DNA of 25,296 nucleotides from a virus (taxonomy: Duplodnaviria; Caudoviricetes), in IMG/VR virus record IMGVR_UViG_3300046813_000016, positions 1-25,296 of that record; one strand, 5' to 3'. Under the pieces are notes generated by a model. It ran no database searches and was not told where the DNA came from. It worked only from the letters and a program-made list of their open reading frames with translations. This document shows, in pieces, positions 1 to 8,410 of the stretch; the stretch's first letter is position 1; every line of letters begins with the position of its first letter. The position numbers and the translations under genes are program-made.

Positions 1-1325
1 TTCTGGAACAACAGCCAGCCAAGATCTTTTCCTGACATCACGTTGATGCTGGTACCAGCGATCGCATTGAGAACGTGCCCATATGCTATGATCTCGTCGT
101 TGAGAGTAACAGCCAGTCTATCTACTGCCGGCTTGTCCACTCTCACCCCACGCTTGGACATTTCCCAGAGCGGTCGGAGGAGCGCCATCTCGAACTCGAA
201 GGTGTGCCTGATACATTCTTCTGTCAGGTCCTCCTTGATCTGCTCCTCCATGATTTGATGCTGTGTCCATGTGTCGATAGCGTTGTACGCATAGACGTCG
301 CTGAATGGCTGCAGGCCCTTCTTTACCTTATCCCAGTTGATCATATCCTTGTAATAAGGCTGATCAGTATAGATCGAGCACAGGTAGTCGAGCCCTTTTG
401 GCAACTCGATGTTGGTGCTGTGGGCTGCTAACATGGTGTCGTAGCGCAGATACCTGAGCACGGGCATCTGGTACCACCACTCCAGAATAGAGCAGTCGAA
501 CGCTGCATTCTGCGCATTCAAGCCAATTCCCGACAAGAGCAAGTCCCGACAATAGTAGATGTCCGTCGGACTCCTGGTAGGAATCACTATCGGGTTGTCC
601 CGGTCCAGCGTCATACCCACGCATATGAGCTTGCTCCCGATGTACTCAATATCGAATGTGAGAATCTTAGATGGGTCTGCCGCAGCATCGAGGACTTGAC
701 TTCGGAAATCAGATCGTTCACCTGCGTTGGGGTCAAGCCGAGGGTACTTAACTGGTCGTCGAACTTCAGAAAAGTCCGACTCACGTGCAACCCGCTGAAG
801 ATCAACGGCCCAGGTTCCGTGCTCTCCGTACCCTTCCTGATTGATATAGGATGGGTGGTAGGTAGCGATGACCTTGGTTCCCGGAACAAGTCTACCCTCC
901 AGAATAGATCCTCGCCACTTAGAGATTCCAGAATAGCCGCGAGCTTTGTCCTCGGTGGCGTTTTCATTCCAGTCACCAATCCCTGTGAGTGCCCACAAAG
1001 GAAAGTTGCCTAACGCTACAATCACGTTAGGCTTGATTCGCAGGATGTCAGCCTGCAGTTCCTCCATGCCCTCCATGACGATCATGTTAGGCAAACCACC
1101 CGGCAGAAAGAACTTCTCGATCTTGTTGGCAGGTGGGCGGTACTTGCACATATTCGTGAAGTAGCACTCGTCCGGGTCTATCCCTGCACGGTTCAAGAAA
1201 CTTCGTAGCATCTTGCCGGCAGGACCTACGAACGGACGACCCTCGGTTTCTTCTGTAGCACCGGGTGCTTCTCCCACGAACATGATCCTGGCTCTTTCAG
1301 GACCAAAGGCTTCGATTCGCTTCAT
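1..1325 (-). CDS. Phage family-A DNA polymerase with N-terminal family-4-like uracil-DNA glycosylase domain and 3'-5' exonuclease (SPO1-type architecture); C-terminus runs off the window
   Basis: Missing from the ORF track because it is open at the edge. Manual translation from ATG 1325 gives MKRIEAFGPERARIMFVGEAPGATEETEGRPFVGPAGKML..YFTN..YRPP..TYHPSY (UDG motifs). These are followed by ExoI TFDIEY, ExoII QNAAFD, ExoIII YNAID and EMSKRGVRVD (start of the PolA thumb region). Confidence 0.92.
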   Translation of the reverse strand, partial: MKRIEAFGPERARIMFVGEAPGATEETEGRPFVGPAGKMLRSFLNRAGIDPDECYFTNMCKYRPPANKIEKFFLPGGLPNMIVMEGMEELQADILRIKPNVIVALGNFPLWALTGIGDWNENATEDKARGYSGISKWRGSILEGRLVPGTKVIATYHPSYINQEGYGEHGTWAVDLQRVARESDFSEVRRPVKYPRLDPNAGERSDFRSQVLDAAADPSKILTFDIEYIGSKLICVGMTLDRDNPIVIPTRSPTDIYYCRDLLLSGIGLNAQNAAFDCSILEWWYQMPVLRYLRYDTMLAAHSTNIELPKGLDYLCSIYTDQPYYKDMINWDKVKKGLQPFSDVYAYNAIDTWTQHQIMEEQIKEDLTEECIRHTFEFEMALLRPLWEMSKRGVRVDKPAVDRLAVTLNDEIIAYGHVLNAIAGTSINVMSGKDLGWLLFQ

Positions 1326-1510
1326 AGCTGAATCACTAGCTGCTTGGGATCAACAGCCTTGAACTGAGCGATGGTCGACTGGCAATGATGACACTGGATT
1401 GTTCCCGGCCCAGTGAGCACCATCCGGTAGACCATGCAGCTGGGACACCACCAGTGAGCCAACTGGATCGGCAGCACGTTGTTGCTGAGTTTCTCGGCTG
1501 ATACTGTCAT
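1322..1510 (-). CDS. Small zinc-ribbon protein
   Basis: CPSC...CHHC; 4-nt ATGA overlaps with both neighbouring genes. Confidence 0.7.
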   Translation of the reverse strand: MTVSAEKLSNNVLPIQLAHWWCPSCMVYRMVLTGPGTIQCHHCQSTIAQFKAVDPKQLVIQL

Positions 1511-3015
1511 GGATTGAAATCCTCCATCTCCTCCGCATCTTCCTCAGAAAGATCAGGGAACTGTGTGTCGAGAAACTCCTCGGTGCTGGACTCCCCGCCG
1601 GCAACTCGGGCTACCGTAGTGCCGTCGAAGTCCTGGCTCACGTTGCCCATAGCCAGCGTTCTGAGATCAGGATTGCTGTCGCATCCGTAGAAGTCACGCG
1701 CCAGCTGAGCCCCTGCACGCAGGAACGCACCACTGCCAAAGAACGGATCGCAGAACGACTCGCCAGGAAGGGTCACGAGACTGATGACGTCCTTGCCGAG
1801 TTCCACAGGCTTCTGCATCGCATGAATCCGATTGCCGTATTCTGCGTTGTGCACGAAGACGTTATCATGCGGTCTGAGCAACTTCGCTCCACCCCGGTTG
1901 AAGGCCAGAATATGCTCGTAGACATTCTTGGCGTTCTGCTCAGGATAGCGAGGGTTGTTCTGGCTGTTCGGACGATACCAGATCCACCGAGGCTCTTCCG
2001 GTGCCCGGAAACGACACTGAACTATTTCTCCAGTGTGCGCAGGGCAGACATTATTGTCTCGATTGACGCGATACTCGAAGTGGGTTTGGCAGCAGTCCTT
2101 GAACAGACCGGCGAGGAACTCGTAGTTTGCTTCGGCGGCAAACAGGATGACCCATCCATCTGCCCGAGTAACCCGGCATAGCTGAGGGACGACATCAGCA
2201 TAGACGTCCAGTGACACTCCCTCGCTATCATCGTACTCGGAAATCCCAGCTTGTCCATCAGCTGTTTTGTGACCCTGCTTGTAGTGGTCGATTCCATACG
2301 GAGGGTCGCTAACAACTGCATCGAAGCGTTCGGTAGGCCAGGTACGGAGCCAATCACCGGCTTTGGCGGTGACCATTCTCGTGCCCAACTCTGCCATTCC
2401 ATGCCCTCCGGTAACGACGTCACGAGCGACACGAGCCTCCAGATGGCCGATCATCTTACCAGCGCGAAGAACCGCCTTCTTGCTGGACGCCTTTGCCAGC
2501 TCGGGACGGCTCTCGATGGTCGTTGCTACATTCAGGTCACGACTGAAGTTTGCTGCAGTCTCGCCGATCTCCTTCGCAACCTCAGCCTGAGTGATCTCCG
2601 GGTTCTGTTCCTTCCGCAGTAGGAACATTTCTTGCTTGGCGCGAACAACCTCAACGAAGTCCATGTCCTTTCGTTGGAGATTCTCGGCCAGTTCCAGCAC
2701 ACGGAGCTTGAGAGGATCGAGCTTCTCTCGGTCGATGGCCCGGATAGATTCCCAGCCCAGTCGCTTGGCTGCCTCGACACGCCGGCCACCTGCGACGAGA
2801 ACCCATGGCTGTCCGATGTAGTCAGGATCAGACAGATCTTCTTCGTGCGGAGGAGCAATGGTGATCGCGGTGATCTGTCCATTCTCCTTGAAGTCGGCAG
2901 CCAGTCCTTCGATGTCGCCATAGTCCTTACGACGTCGCTTGCCGACAAAGATGCTCTGAAGTGCAACATGACTGCTAAGCGCTTGGGCTGCAGCAGCCAG
3001 TGGTGAGTCAGTCAC
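1507..3015 (-). CDS. ParB N-terminal domain/HTH fused to an N6-adenine/N4-cytosine DNA methyltransferase
   Basis: ParB motifs LVAGGRR and ENLQRKD; HTH-like ITQAEVAKEIG; DPPY catalytic motif, HAMQKP and FCDPFFGSG SAM motif (beta order). Start moved to GTG 3015, which follows an AAGGA RBS. Confidence 0.88.
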   Translation of the reverse strand: MTDSPLAAAAQALSSHVALQSIFVGKRRRKDYGDIEGLAADFKENGQITAITIAPPHEEDLSDPDYIGQPWVLVAGGRRVEAAKRLGWESIRAIDREKLDPLKLRVLELAENLQRKDMDFVEVVRAKQEMFLLRKEQNPEITQAEVAKEIGETAANFSRDLNVATTIESRPELAKASSKKAVLRAGKMIGHLEARVARDVVTGGHGMAELGTRMVTAKAGDWLRTWPTERFDAVVSDPPYGIDHYKQGHKTADGQAGISEYDDSEGVSLDVYADVVPQLCRVTRADGWVILFAAEANYEFLAGLFKDCCQTHFEYRVNRDNNVCPAHTGEIVQCRFRAPEEPRWIWYRPNSQNNPRYPEQNAKNVYEHILAFNRGGAKLLRPHDNVFVHNAEYGNRIHAMQKPVELGKDVISLVTLPGESFCDPFFGSGAFLRAGAQLARDFYGCDSNPDLRTLAMGNVSQDFDGTTVARVAGGESSTEEFLDTQFPDLSEEDAEEMEDFNP

Positions 3016-3016
3016 G

Positions 3017-3502
3017 TTAGTCCTTGGTAATGATGTGGAAGCGATCGTCGAGCTGCGAACAGATGGGCTTGACTTCCTTCTCCCAGTCACGCTTACCATT
3101 GCCGCAGCCTGGGCGTGGAATCACTACAGTGCCATAGCTCTTCACGAGTGCTCGGAACTTCGGCGAATCCAGAAGTGCGACAAGCTGTATGCAACTCTGG
3201 TTGATCAGCTGAAGATCGGCCGGTTCTGCCCAGTGATGCTTGACTGGAAAGCTGACGAGATGGTGACCGCGCTTGGAACTGGCCGGCGAGAATGGTGCCC
3301 AGTAGTCGATGTAGCTGACCACGTTTCCCTTTGTTTCGATCAGCTGTCCGAGCTGGAATCGAATGCCAGGAAATCGTTGCGTTGCTTCCAGTGCTACACC
3401 CCGTCCCATTACTGCCAGACCTGTGTGCCCCGTAGCTCCATTCGTCGTGATGCAGTGAATGTCAGCTGGGTAGGTCCAGATGTCGCCGTGGACTTCGATC
3501 AC
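3017..3502 (-). CDS. Macro-domain (ADP-ribose binding/hydrolase) protein
   Basis: GDIW..ITTNG..AVMGRGVA..FPVKHHW..IPRPGCGNG..W motifs typical of phage macro domains. Confidence 0.88.
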   Translation of the reverse strand: MIEVHGDIWTYPADIHCITTNGATGHTGLAVMGRGVALEATQRFPGIRFQLGQLIETKGNVVSYIDYWAPFSPASSKRGHHLVSFPVKHHWAEPADLQLINQSCIQLVALLDSPKFRALVKSYGTVVIPRPGCGNGKRDWEKEVKPICSQLDDRFHIITKD

Positions 3503-3504
3503 GT

Positions 3505-3525
3505 CTAATTACTCCGGGTAATTAG
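3505..3525. repeat. Palindrome CTAATTAC-TCCGG-GTAATTAG (site 1)
   Basis: Perfect 8-bp arms; 2 nt upstream of the macro-domain GTG. Confidence 0.9.
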
Positions 3526-3536
3526 GAAATGATGGA

Positions 3537-3622
3537 ACTAGCCTCGGAACGTGCAGCACACTCCTAGAACGGAGCCTTCGGTCACGTATCACTGTGGGCT
3601 TGCTGTGCTCCCACAAACCAGT
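3537..3622 (-). ncRNA. Candidate structured RNA element with pseudoknot
   Basis: Several nested stems plus a 6-bp AGCACA/UGUGCU loop pairing fill an intergenic gap; not matched to any known family. Confidence 0.4.
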
Positions 3623-3625
3623 AGC

Positions 3626-4066
3626 TTAGTTCAGCGGGCTGATCGTCTGGGACTTGATCTTGTTGTTCTGTCCCTTCTTCTCAGTGGGCTTGCCCTGATC
3701 CTTCACCCAGGCGTCGATGTAGACGTCGGCCATGAACTCACCCTTGAGAAGCTCGTCCGTATCGAACGAGTCCCAGTCGTAGGAGGTGTCCTCGGGGTCG
3801 ATCCCGAGAATGGCCTCGGCGAAGCGCTTCAGGTCACGCGCACCAGCCTCGTTCCGCTCGCCGTCCTTCTGGTGCATGGCGACGTTGTGGTAGATCGCCT
3901 TTCCCTGCTGTTCGCCGCCATCGTTAATGATGACCTTGAAGTTGAAGTTCTGCCGACCGCCCTCCAGCTTCTCCTTGATCTCCTCGACCTTGAGGCGATA
4001 GGTGTCCGGTGGAGCCAGCTCGAACTTGGTGCTGACGTCCGCCAGTGATGCCTGTACTTTGGCCAT
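3626..4066 (-). CDS. DUF669-like putative single-stranded DNA-binding protein
   Basis: FELAPPDTYRLKVEEI N-terminus and NNKIK C-terminus; located directly after an AAA ATPase; GGGAGG RBS. Confidence 0.65.
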   Translation of the reverse strand: MAKVQASLADVSTKFELAPPDTYRLKVEEIKEKLEGGRQNFNFKVIINDGGEQQGKAIYHNVAMHQKDGERNEAGARDLKRFAEAILGIDPEDTSYDWDSFDTDELLKGEFMADVYIDAWVKDQGKPTEKKGQNNKIKSQTISPLN

Positions 4067-4131
4067 GCTGTGTTGCCTCCCATTGAGTAAAGACTCGTGA
4101 GGGTTTTAATGAAGGGGAACCCACAACCTTG

Positions 4132-4209
4132 TTAGATCTTGACGTGCAGGCATCTGATGATAAAGATGCAGAATGCCAGAACTACCAGTATCGCTGCAAG
4201 CTGCGCCAT
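4132..4209 (-). CDS. Small hydrophobic peptide (25 aa)
   Basis: MAQLAAILVVLAFCIFIIRCLHVKI starts just after the ATPase stop. Confidence 0.45.
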   Translation of the reverse strand: MAQLAAILVVLAFCIFIIRCLHVKI

Positions 4210-4210
4210 G

Positions 4211-4981
4211 CTACTTCTTTTTTCCGAAGAGGTACGGGGCGACCTTGCCCCACTCAGTTGGCGTCTTGTCAGGCACGCCACTCGGGCTCTTTGCTTGGGC
4301 CAGGATCTTGTCCTTGCTGGTGCGGAGCACGAAGGTCTGGTTCGGAGCAACACCTTCCGTGGTCGTGTACCAGACTTCATCGAAAAATCCTCCGATCTTG
4401 CCGGCGAGCTTGCCGGTCACATAGGGTAGCTTCTCGATGGTGTCCAGCACTGTGTTCGTGTCCTTCTGCACATGCGCCGTAACTACCTTGATGATGTCCC
4501 AGGAAGTCAACTGATCAAAGACCGTCTCGATCACGCGCATCTGCACACCCCACAGACCTTGGTCGATCTGGTTCTCATTGGCAAGCACCTTTGCCGCATT
4601 GCTCGCTCCGTTATGGAGCAGCACATGGTTCAGGATGATATTGCCAAGAAATGTCAGACTGTCCAGTGCGATGGTTTCATAGGGACAGGTACCTGCCTCC
4701 ATCATCGCGCCCAGTTCATTCAGCTTCTTGAGAAACGCTGGATAGGCTTCCCCAAACTTGTAGATGCCCTTCGCCGGGTTGTAGATCTTGCTTCCATAGG
4801 GAGCATCCCGGAAGGTTGCAAACTCTACGTCTTTGCCCGCCAGAACCCGCTTCGTCTTGTCGAAGTCGAACAGGAAGGGTTTGGGACACCCTCCGATGAA
4901 GTAGGTCTTGTGTGTTCCCGACTCCCCTACGAGCAGGAGGCTAGGATACGCGCTAGCTTGCTCGTCCTTGGTATTTGGCAT
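4211..4981 (-). CDS. AAA_24/Sak4-like P-loop ATPase (recombination/annealing)
   Basis: Walker A GESGTHKT, FDFD, Walker B IALDSLT, VTAH, GFFDEV. Confidence 0.85.
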   Translation of the reverse strand: MPNTKDEQASAYPSLLLVGESGTHKTYFIGGCPKPFLFDFDKTKRVLAGKDVEFATFRDAPYGSKIYNPAKGIYKFGEAYPAFLKKLNELGAMMEAGTCPYETIALDSLTFLGNIILNHVLLHNGASNAAKVLANENQIDQGLWGVQMRVIETVFDQLTSWDIIKVVTAHVQKDTNTVLDTIEKLPYVTGKLAGKIGGFFDEVWYTTTEGVAPNQTFVLRTSKDKILAQAKSPSGVPDKTPTEWGKVAPYLFGKKK

Positions 4982-4987
4982 CAGTCC

Positions 4988-5149
4988 TCAGAAGTCTATT
5001 GTTGCGTTAAGTATCTCAACCAGTTCAGCTGCTTTCACGATAGCTGGATGGTCAGCTGGAAATGGACCGAGCACCATCTCGACGATGCGGCCCTTGTAGC
5101 GCCATCTTAGCCACCACCAGCCTCGCTCGTTCTTTTCCAGACTGTACAT
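4988..5149 (-). CDS. Small protein (53 aa), possibly an integrase Arm-type DNA-binding fold
   Basis: Manual translation MYSLEKNERGWWWLRWRYKGRIVEMVLGPFPADHP...; TGATG-coupled to GroES. Confidence 0.55.
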   Translation of the reverse strand: MYSLEKNERGWWWLRWRYKGRIVEMVLGPFPADHPAIVKAAELVEILNATIDF

Positions 5150-5544
5150 CAGCCCTCAATGTCGTCGAAGGTTCCTTCAGTAGCGACACCCATCTTGCTG
5201 ATGTCGTCGGGATTCCTGAGCTTCACCTTCGTCAGGATTTCCTGCTCTCGGAGGATGATAACCTTCTCCGCACCATACTCGATCTCGATACCAGAATGCA
5301 TACCGAAGATGATGGTGTCACCTACCTTGACGAAGGCTTCTGTTTCCCTGTCGTCCTTCTGGTCCAGCAGAAATGGCTCGTAGATGGCAATCACGATCGC
5401 CGTTGTTCGAGGGTTTCTGACCGTAGACGGCTTGACGATCAGTCCGGTGCCATAGACACCACGCTCCCCGACTACCTGAGCCACGATCTTCCCCGGCATC
5501 GGCTCGAAGACTGGAAGCAGCTTCTCATCGCTTGAGTCAATCAT
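5149..5544 (-). CDS. groES: GroES/Cpn10-family co-chaperonin
   Basis: FEPMPGKIV..TGLIVKP..AIVIA..VKVGDTIIFGMHSGIEIEYGAEKVIILREQEIL. Start moved to ATG 5544 (ATGA overlap). Confidence 0.88.
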   Translation of the reverse strand: MIDSSDEKLLPVFEPMPGKIVAQVVGERGVYGTGLIVKPSTVRNPRTTAIVIAIYEPFLLDQKDDRETEAFVKVGDTIIFGMHSGIEIEYGAEKVIILREQEILTKVKLRNPDDISKMGVATEGTFDDIEG

Positions 5545-5705
5545 TCTCTCGTCCGGTGTTGGCTGTGGATGATGTGGCTGTCGAGACGACGCTGCTGTTC
5601 GGCAGCAACTACGATCAGTCTCTCCTCGACAGTTGCGGGCTCGATCACTCTGATCTCCAGCTGCTTTTCCAGCTGTTCGAGCATCTGCTTGAAGCTGTTT
5701 CTCAT
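5541..5705 (-). CDS. Hypothetical protein (54 aa)
   Basis: MRNSFKQMLEQLEKQL...; ATGA overlaps at both ends fill the gap exactly. Confidence 0.65.
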   Translation of the reverse strand: MRNSFKQMLEQLEKQLEIRVIEPATVEERLIVVAAEQQRRLDSHIIHSQHRTRE

Positions 5706-6661
5706 TCGTCTCCCTCGTCAAGTGGGTTCCAGGGGTTGATCTCATACTCGCGCTCCAGAACGCCAGCCTGCAGCTTTGTACTGCTGCTGCATACTTCATG
5801 GTAGGTACACATGCCGAACTTGCGGGAGCAAGCGTTGTCCCCGAAGTGCTGCGGGAAAATCTCGGCCGGTGGGATGAGGGGCTTTTCGGTGAGACCATTC
5901 TCTGCCATGAACAGATTCAGAGCAGTATAGTCTACTGCGAGTCGATCACGCATCCAGTAGTTCATGACCCTCACCCAGTTACTGATCTGTGATGGGTTGA
6001 AGGTCTCAAGATGTCTGATGAACGTGGTCTTCTCAGTCAGCACATGGCTGACATTGATACGAACTCCAACCACGGTCCTGCTAGGCAGCAGTCCCTTGGC
6101 GAGCTTTGTGTAGCCCATCATCTGGTTCGACAGCTTGAACTGTCGAAAGTAATGCTTGTCCAGACGACTTGTTGTCTTGTGATCCTCGGGGTAGGTCAGT
6201 CCTGTCAGGTCAATGATACGGTCCAGCTTCCCTGCCCAAGGATGCAGAAGGTCTTCACTCTGGGCATTCGTGGAAAGCTCAACCATCATATTGCCAGGAC
6301 TACCAATGGTCTTGCCATCCTCTTTCGAGGGGTCCTCACCGTACTCCTTGATGTAGCGGTCATAGTCCAGAAGCACCCGCTGCATTGTACGGTAGTCGTC
6401 AGGATCATGGTGTCCCTCACGAGACCACCATTCCTGCACAGCGAAGCGCACGAGGTCACGATCCCCGCCGCTCTTGTAATGCACCTCTAGCGCCTTGTGC
6501 CATGCTGAACCAAACACCAGCGCTGGCGACTTTCCCTTGGACCTGCGATGCAGCACCATGCCGAAGTAATACTCGCGAGGGCATGTCATGTAGGCCGACA
6601 TCGCAGTATTATCCAGCGGTCTGTCAATCACAGGTAGGAATGACCTCCCAGTCGATTCCAT
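5702..6661 (-). CDS. Cas4/RecB-like PD-(D/E)XK exonuclease with probable Fe-S cluster
   Basis: TCPREYY, FGSAWHKALE, GKLDRI, EDHKT, QMMGY and C-terminal C..C..C. Confidence 0.87.
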   Translation of the reverse strand: MESTGRSFLPVIDRPLDNTAMSAYMTCPREYYFGMVLHRRSKGKSPALVFGSAWHKALEVHYKSGGDRDLVRFAVQEWWSREGHHDPDDYRTMQRVLLDYDRYIKEYGEDPSKEDGKTIGSPGNMMVELSTNAQSEDLLHPWAGKLDRIIDLTGLTYPEDHKTTSRLDKHYFRQFKLSNQMMGYTKLAKGLLPSRTVVGVRINVSHVLTEKTTFIRHLETFNPSQISNWVRVMNYWMRDRLAVDYTALNLFMAENGLTEKPLIPPAEIFPQHFGDNACSRKFGMCTYHEVCSSSTKLQAGVLEREYEINPWNPLDEGDE

Positions 6662-6662
6662 C

Positions 6663-6986
6663 CTATCTCCGGTTGGGATTGTTTGCTTCCCAGTACTTCT
6701 CCATCACTTTCCAGTCGGCTTCTGTGATGGGATCAGTCCCACGACGGAAGCCTACACCCGGAATCCAGGTGATTTCCTCGTCCTTCTTGCGGGCTTCCTG
6801 CACCATCGACTCGATTGCCTGAGCAACTTGCAGTTGCAGAGTTGGCTCCCGCTCGACCCGATCGTTGAACTCCTTTAGCGCAGTTGTAATGAACCACTTG
6901 GTTGCGCCATAGAAGCCGCCGAAACGTACCTGAAATCGCTGATACTCCTCCTCAGGAACGCTTGCTCCGAACTCCTTGGTAGCCAT
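6663..6986 (-). CDS. Putative ribbon-helix-helix-like regulator
   Basis: ATG 6986 has a GGGAGG RBS and an upstream promoter. TKEFGASVPEEEYQRF...WFITTALKEF fits a strand-helix-helix pattern. Confidence 0.55.
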   Translation of the reverse strand: MATKEFGASVPEEEYQRFQVRFGGFYGATKWFITTALKEFNDRVEREPTLQLQVAQAIESMVQEARKKDEEITWIPGVGFRRGTDPITEADWKVMEKYWEANNPNRR

Positions 6987-7029
6987 CCCTATCCTCCCGG
7001 TCGAATATGTCAACTTGCGCCAGTCCCGT

Positions 7030-7058
7030 AACTTAACATATGGACCACGGTTTGTCAA
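7030..7058 (-). promoter_or_regulatory. Sigma70-type promoter for the replication module
   Basis: TTGACA-17 bp-TAAGTT with extended -10 TGn, upstream of the RBS/ATG at 6986. Confidence 0.7.
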
Positions 7059-7543
7059 GTCTGGACGTCGAATATTCCCCAGGTCGTAATGAATCGCAGT
7101 ATAGCGGTGAGGGGCGTGCAGGCGTAGCCTCTGTGCGAGTATTGCTCGGGCTCAGTAGCGCTCGGTCCTGGCCAAACTATGACCAGATATACTCTGTATC
7201 CCAGCAATACTGCGACTAGCAACTCCAGTGTAGCACCGCGTGAGCGCTCCCATCCCGGTAGCAGGAAGATCGAATCGGCTCGCAGAAGTTCTCGCAGCGA
7301 TCCCTTCAGGCACTCGTTATAGCTCTTGTCCTCTGGTGGACTACCTCCTACCCAGTCAGTAGGGTCGATGATCTCCCTGTTGTAGGTCTGCCGATAGTAA
7401 GCAGACACTCGACGAAACAGGGGGTAGTTGTGCTCAGGGATACCTGCCATTGGTCCAGCGAGGTAGGTACTCACAGATTCTGCTCGCTTGGGGGGTGGAC
7501 CCTGCAGGTAACCGTCAGGAAGATGCGACTCGTTTGCGCTCAT
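7055..7543 (-). CDS. DUF4406 / nucleoside 2-deoxyribosyltransferase-like protein
   Basis: YLAGPMAGIPEHNYPLF and ADSIFLLPGWERSRGATLE motifs. Confidence 0.82.
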   Translation of the reverse strand: MSANESHLPDGYLQGPPPKRAESVSTYLAGPMAGIPEHNYPLFRRVSAYYRQTYNREIIDPTDWVGGSPPEDKSYNECLKGSLRELLRADSIFLLPGWERSRGATLELLVAVLLGYRVYLVIVWPGPSATEPEQYSHRGYACTPLTAILRFITTWGIFDVQT

Positions 7544-7848
7544 GGCCAGTCTCGTAGGCGTCTTGCCTTGATGAGTGCTACACGAAGGAACTTCTGAGCT
7601 TCATCATACTGCTTCTGCGACAGTAGGCCATCAACGAGAGCTAGATCAATCGTCAACTGCCTGCTCTGGTCAGCTATCATACGAAGTGGAGCTAGTTCGA
7701 GCTCCAGCTTGCGGATATACCTCGTATGATTCCTGTACTGCGCTTCCATCTGTGCCTCTAGCCTCATGTAGGGATCAACTCCCGCATCTCCAGCCCGCTC
7801 GAAGAAGAATCGAGCCAGCCGGTAGGCTATCCTGTTTCGTCTAGTCAT
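7540..7848 (-). CDS. Hypothetical protein
   Basis: Fits the overlapping operon; start ATG 7848. Confidence 0.65.
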   Translation of the reverse strand: MTRRNRIAYRLARFFFERAGDAGVDPYMRLEAQMEAQYRNHTRYIRKLELELAPLRMIADQSRQLTIDLALVDGLLSQKQYDEAQKFLRVALIKARRLRDWP

Positions 7849-8410
7849 CTGATGGGTCCCATCCCAGGCCGTCAAGGTCCGCTGTGTGAGGTGAAAGGGT
7901 AATGGCGCCGCCCTCGGCCACGAACATCAGCCAGGGTGGTGTGCGCTTGTTGCACCACTCGAAGAGTTTCAGCAGCTCGTCACGCTCCAGACTGGCCTGT
8001 GGAAACTTCATGGGACTGTTGCTAGGCTGTGCATTGTGCCAGGCCTGAATGATGGAGAGAGCAGTCTGTTGCCCAGCCAAGGTCGTGGGGCCTTTCTCGG
8101 CGCTCTCCAGCCCATGCGTCACTACCCCGGATTCCCCGCCTGTGACCAGCCCAAGCTGTCGAGGGCGATATACAGCCTGGACCGTCCGACGATCTACCAC
8201 CTCGATCTTGAAATCTGCATGAGCCTTCGCGAGAGTCGGATACTTCTCCTTGAAGATACTCGCGACATGCAGTGCTTCCCGAATCTTGTACGCAAACTTC
8301 TCAGGCTCGATACCTACAGCAAGCACCCACTTATCTCCCTTTCCTTCCTGGAGATTGTTCAGGTACAGGAGCCTGTCCTTGAGCGTTTTCTCACTTCGGC
8401 TATAGCCCAT
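7841..8410 (-). CDS. Hypothetical protein
   Basis: Long ORF in the operon; likely start MGYSRSEK at 8410. Confidence 0.7.
   Translation of the reverse strand: MGYSRSEKTLKDRLLYLNNLQEGKGDKWVLAVGIEPEKFAYKIREALHVASIFKEKYPTLAKAHADFKIEVVDRRTVQAVYRPRQLGLVTGGESGVVTHGLESAEKGPTTLAGQQTALSIIQAWHNAQPSNSPMKFPQASLERDELLKLFEWCNKRTPPWLMFVAEGGAITLSPHTADLDGLGWDPSDD

Noticed and set aside
43-1164. Several short ORFs on both strands
   Set aside because: All are shadows of the continuous UDG-polymerase frame.
5545-5898. 118-aa N-terminal extension on GroES suggested by the ORF track
   Set aside because: It overlaps the exonuclease and a well-coupled 54-aa gene; ATG 5544 is the plausible start.
5702-6661. Cas4-like gene as evidence of CRISPR-Cas
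   Set aside because: No array or other cas genes; solo Cas4-like nucleases are common in phage replication modules. The palindromes are dispersed, not regularly spaced.
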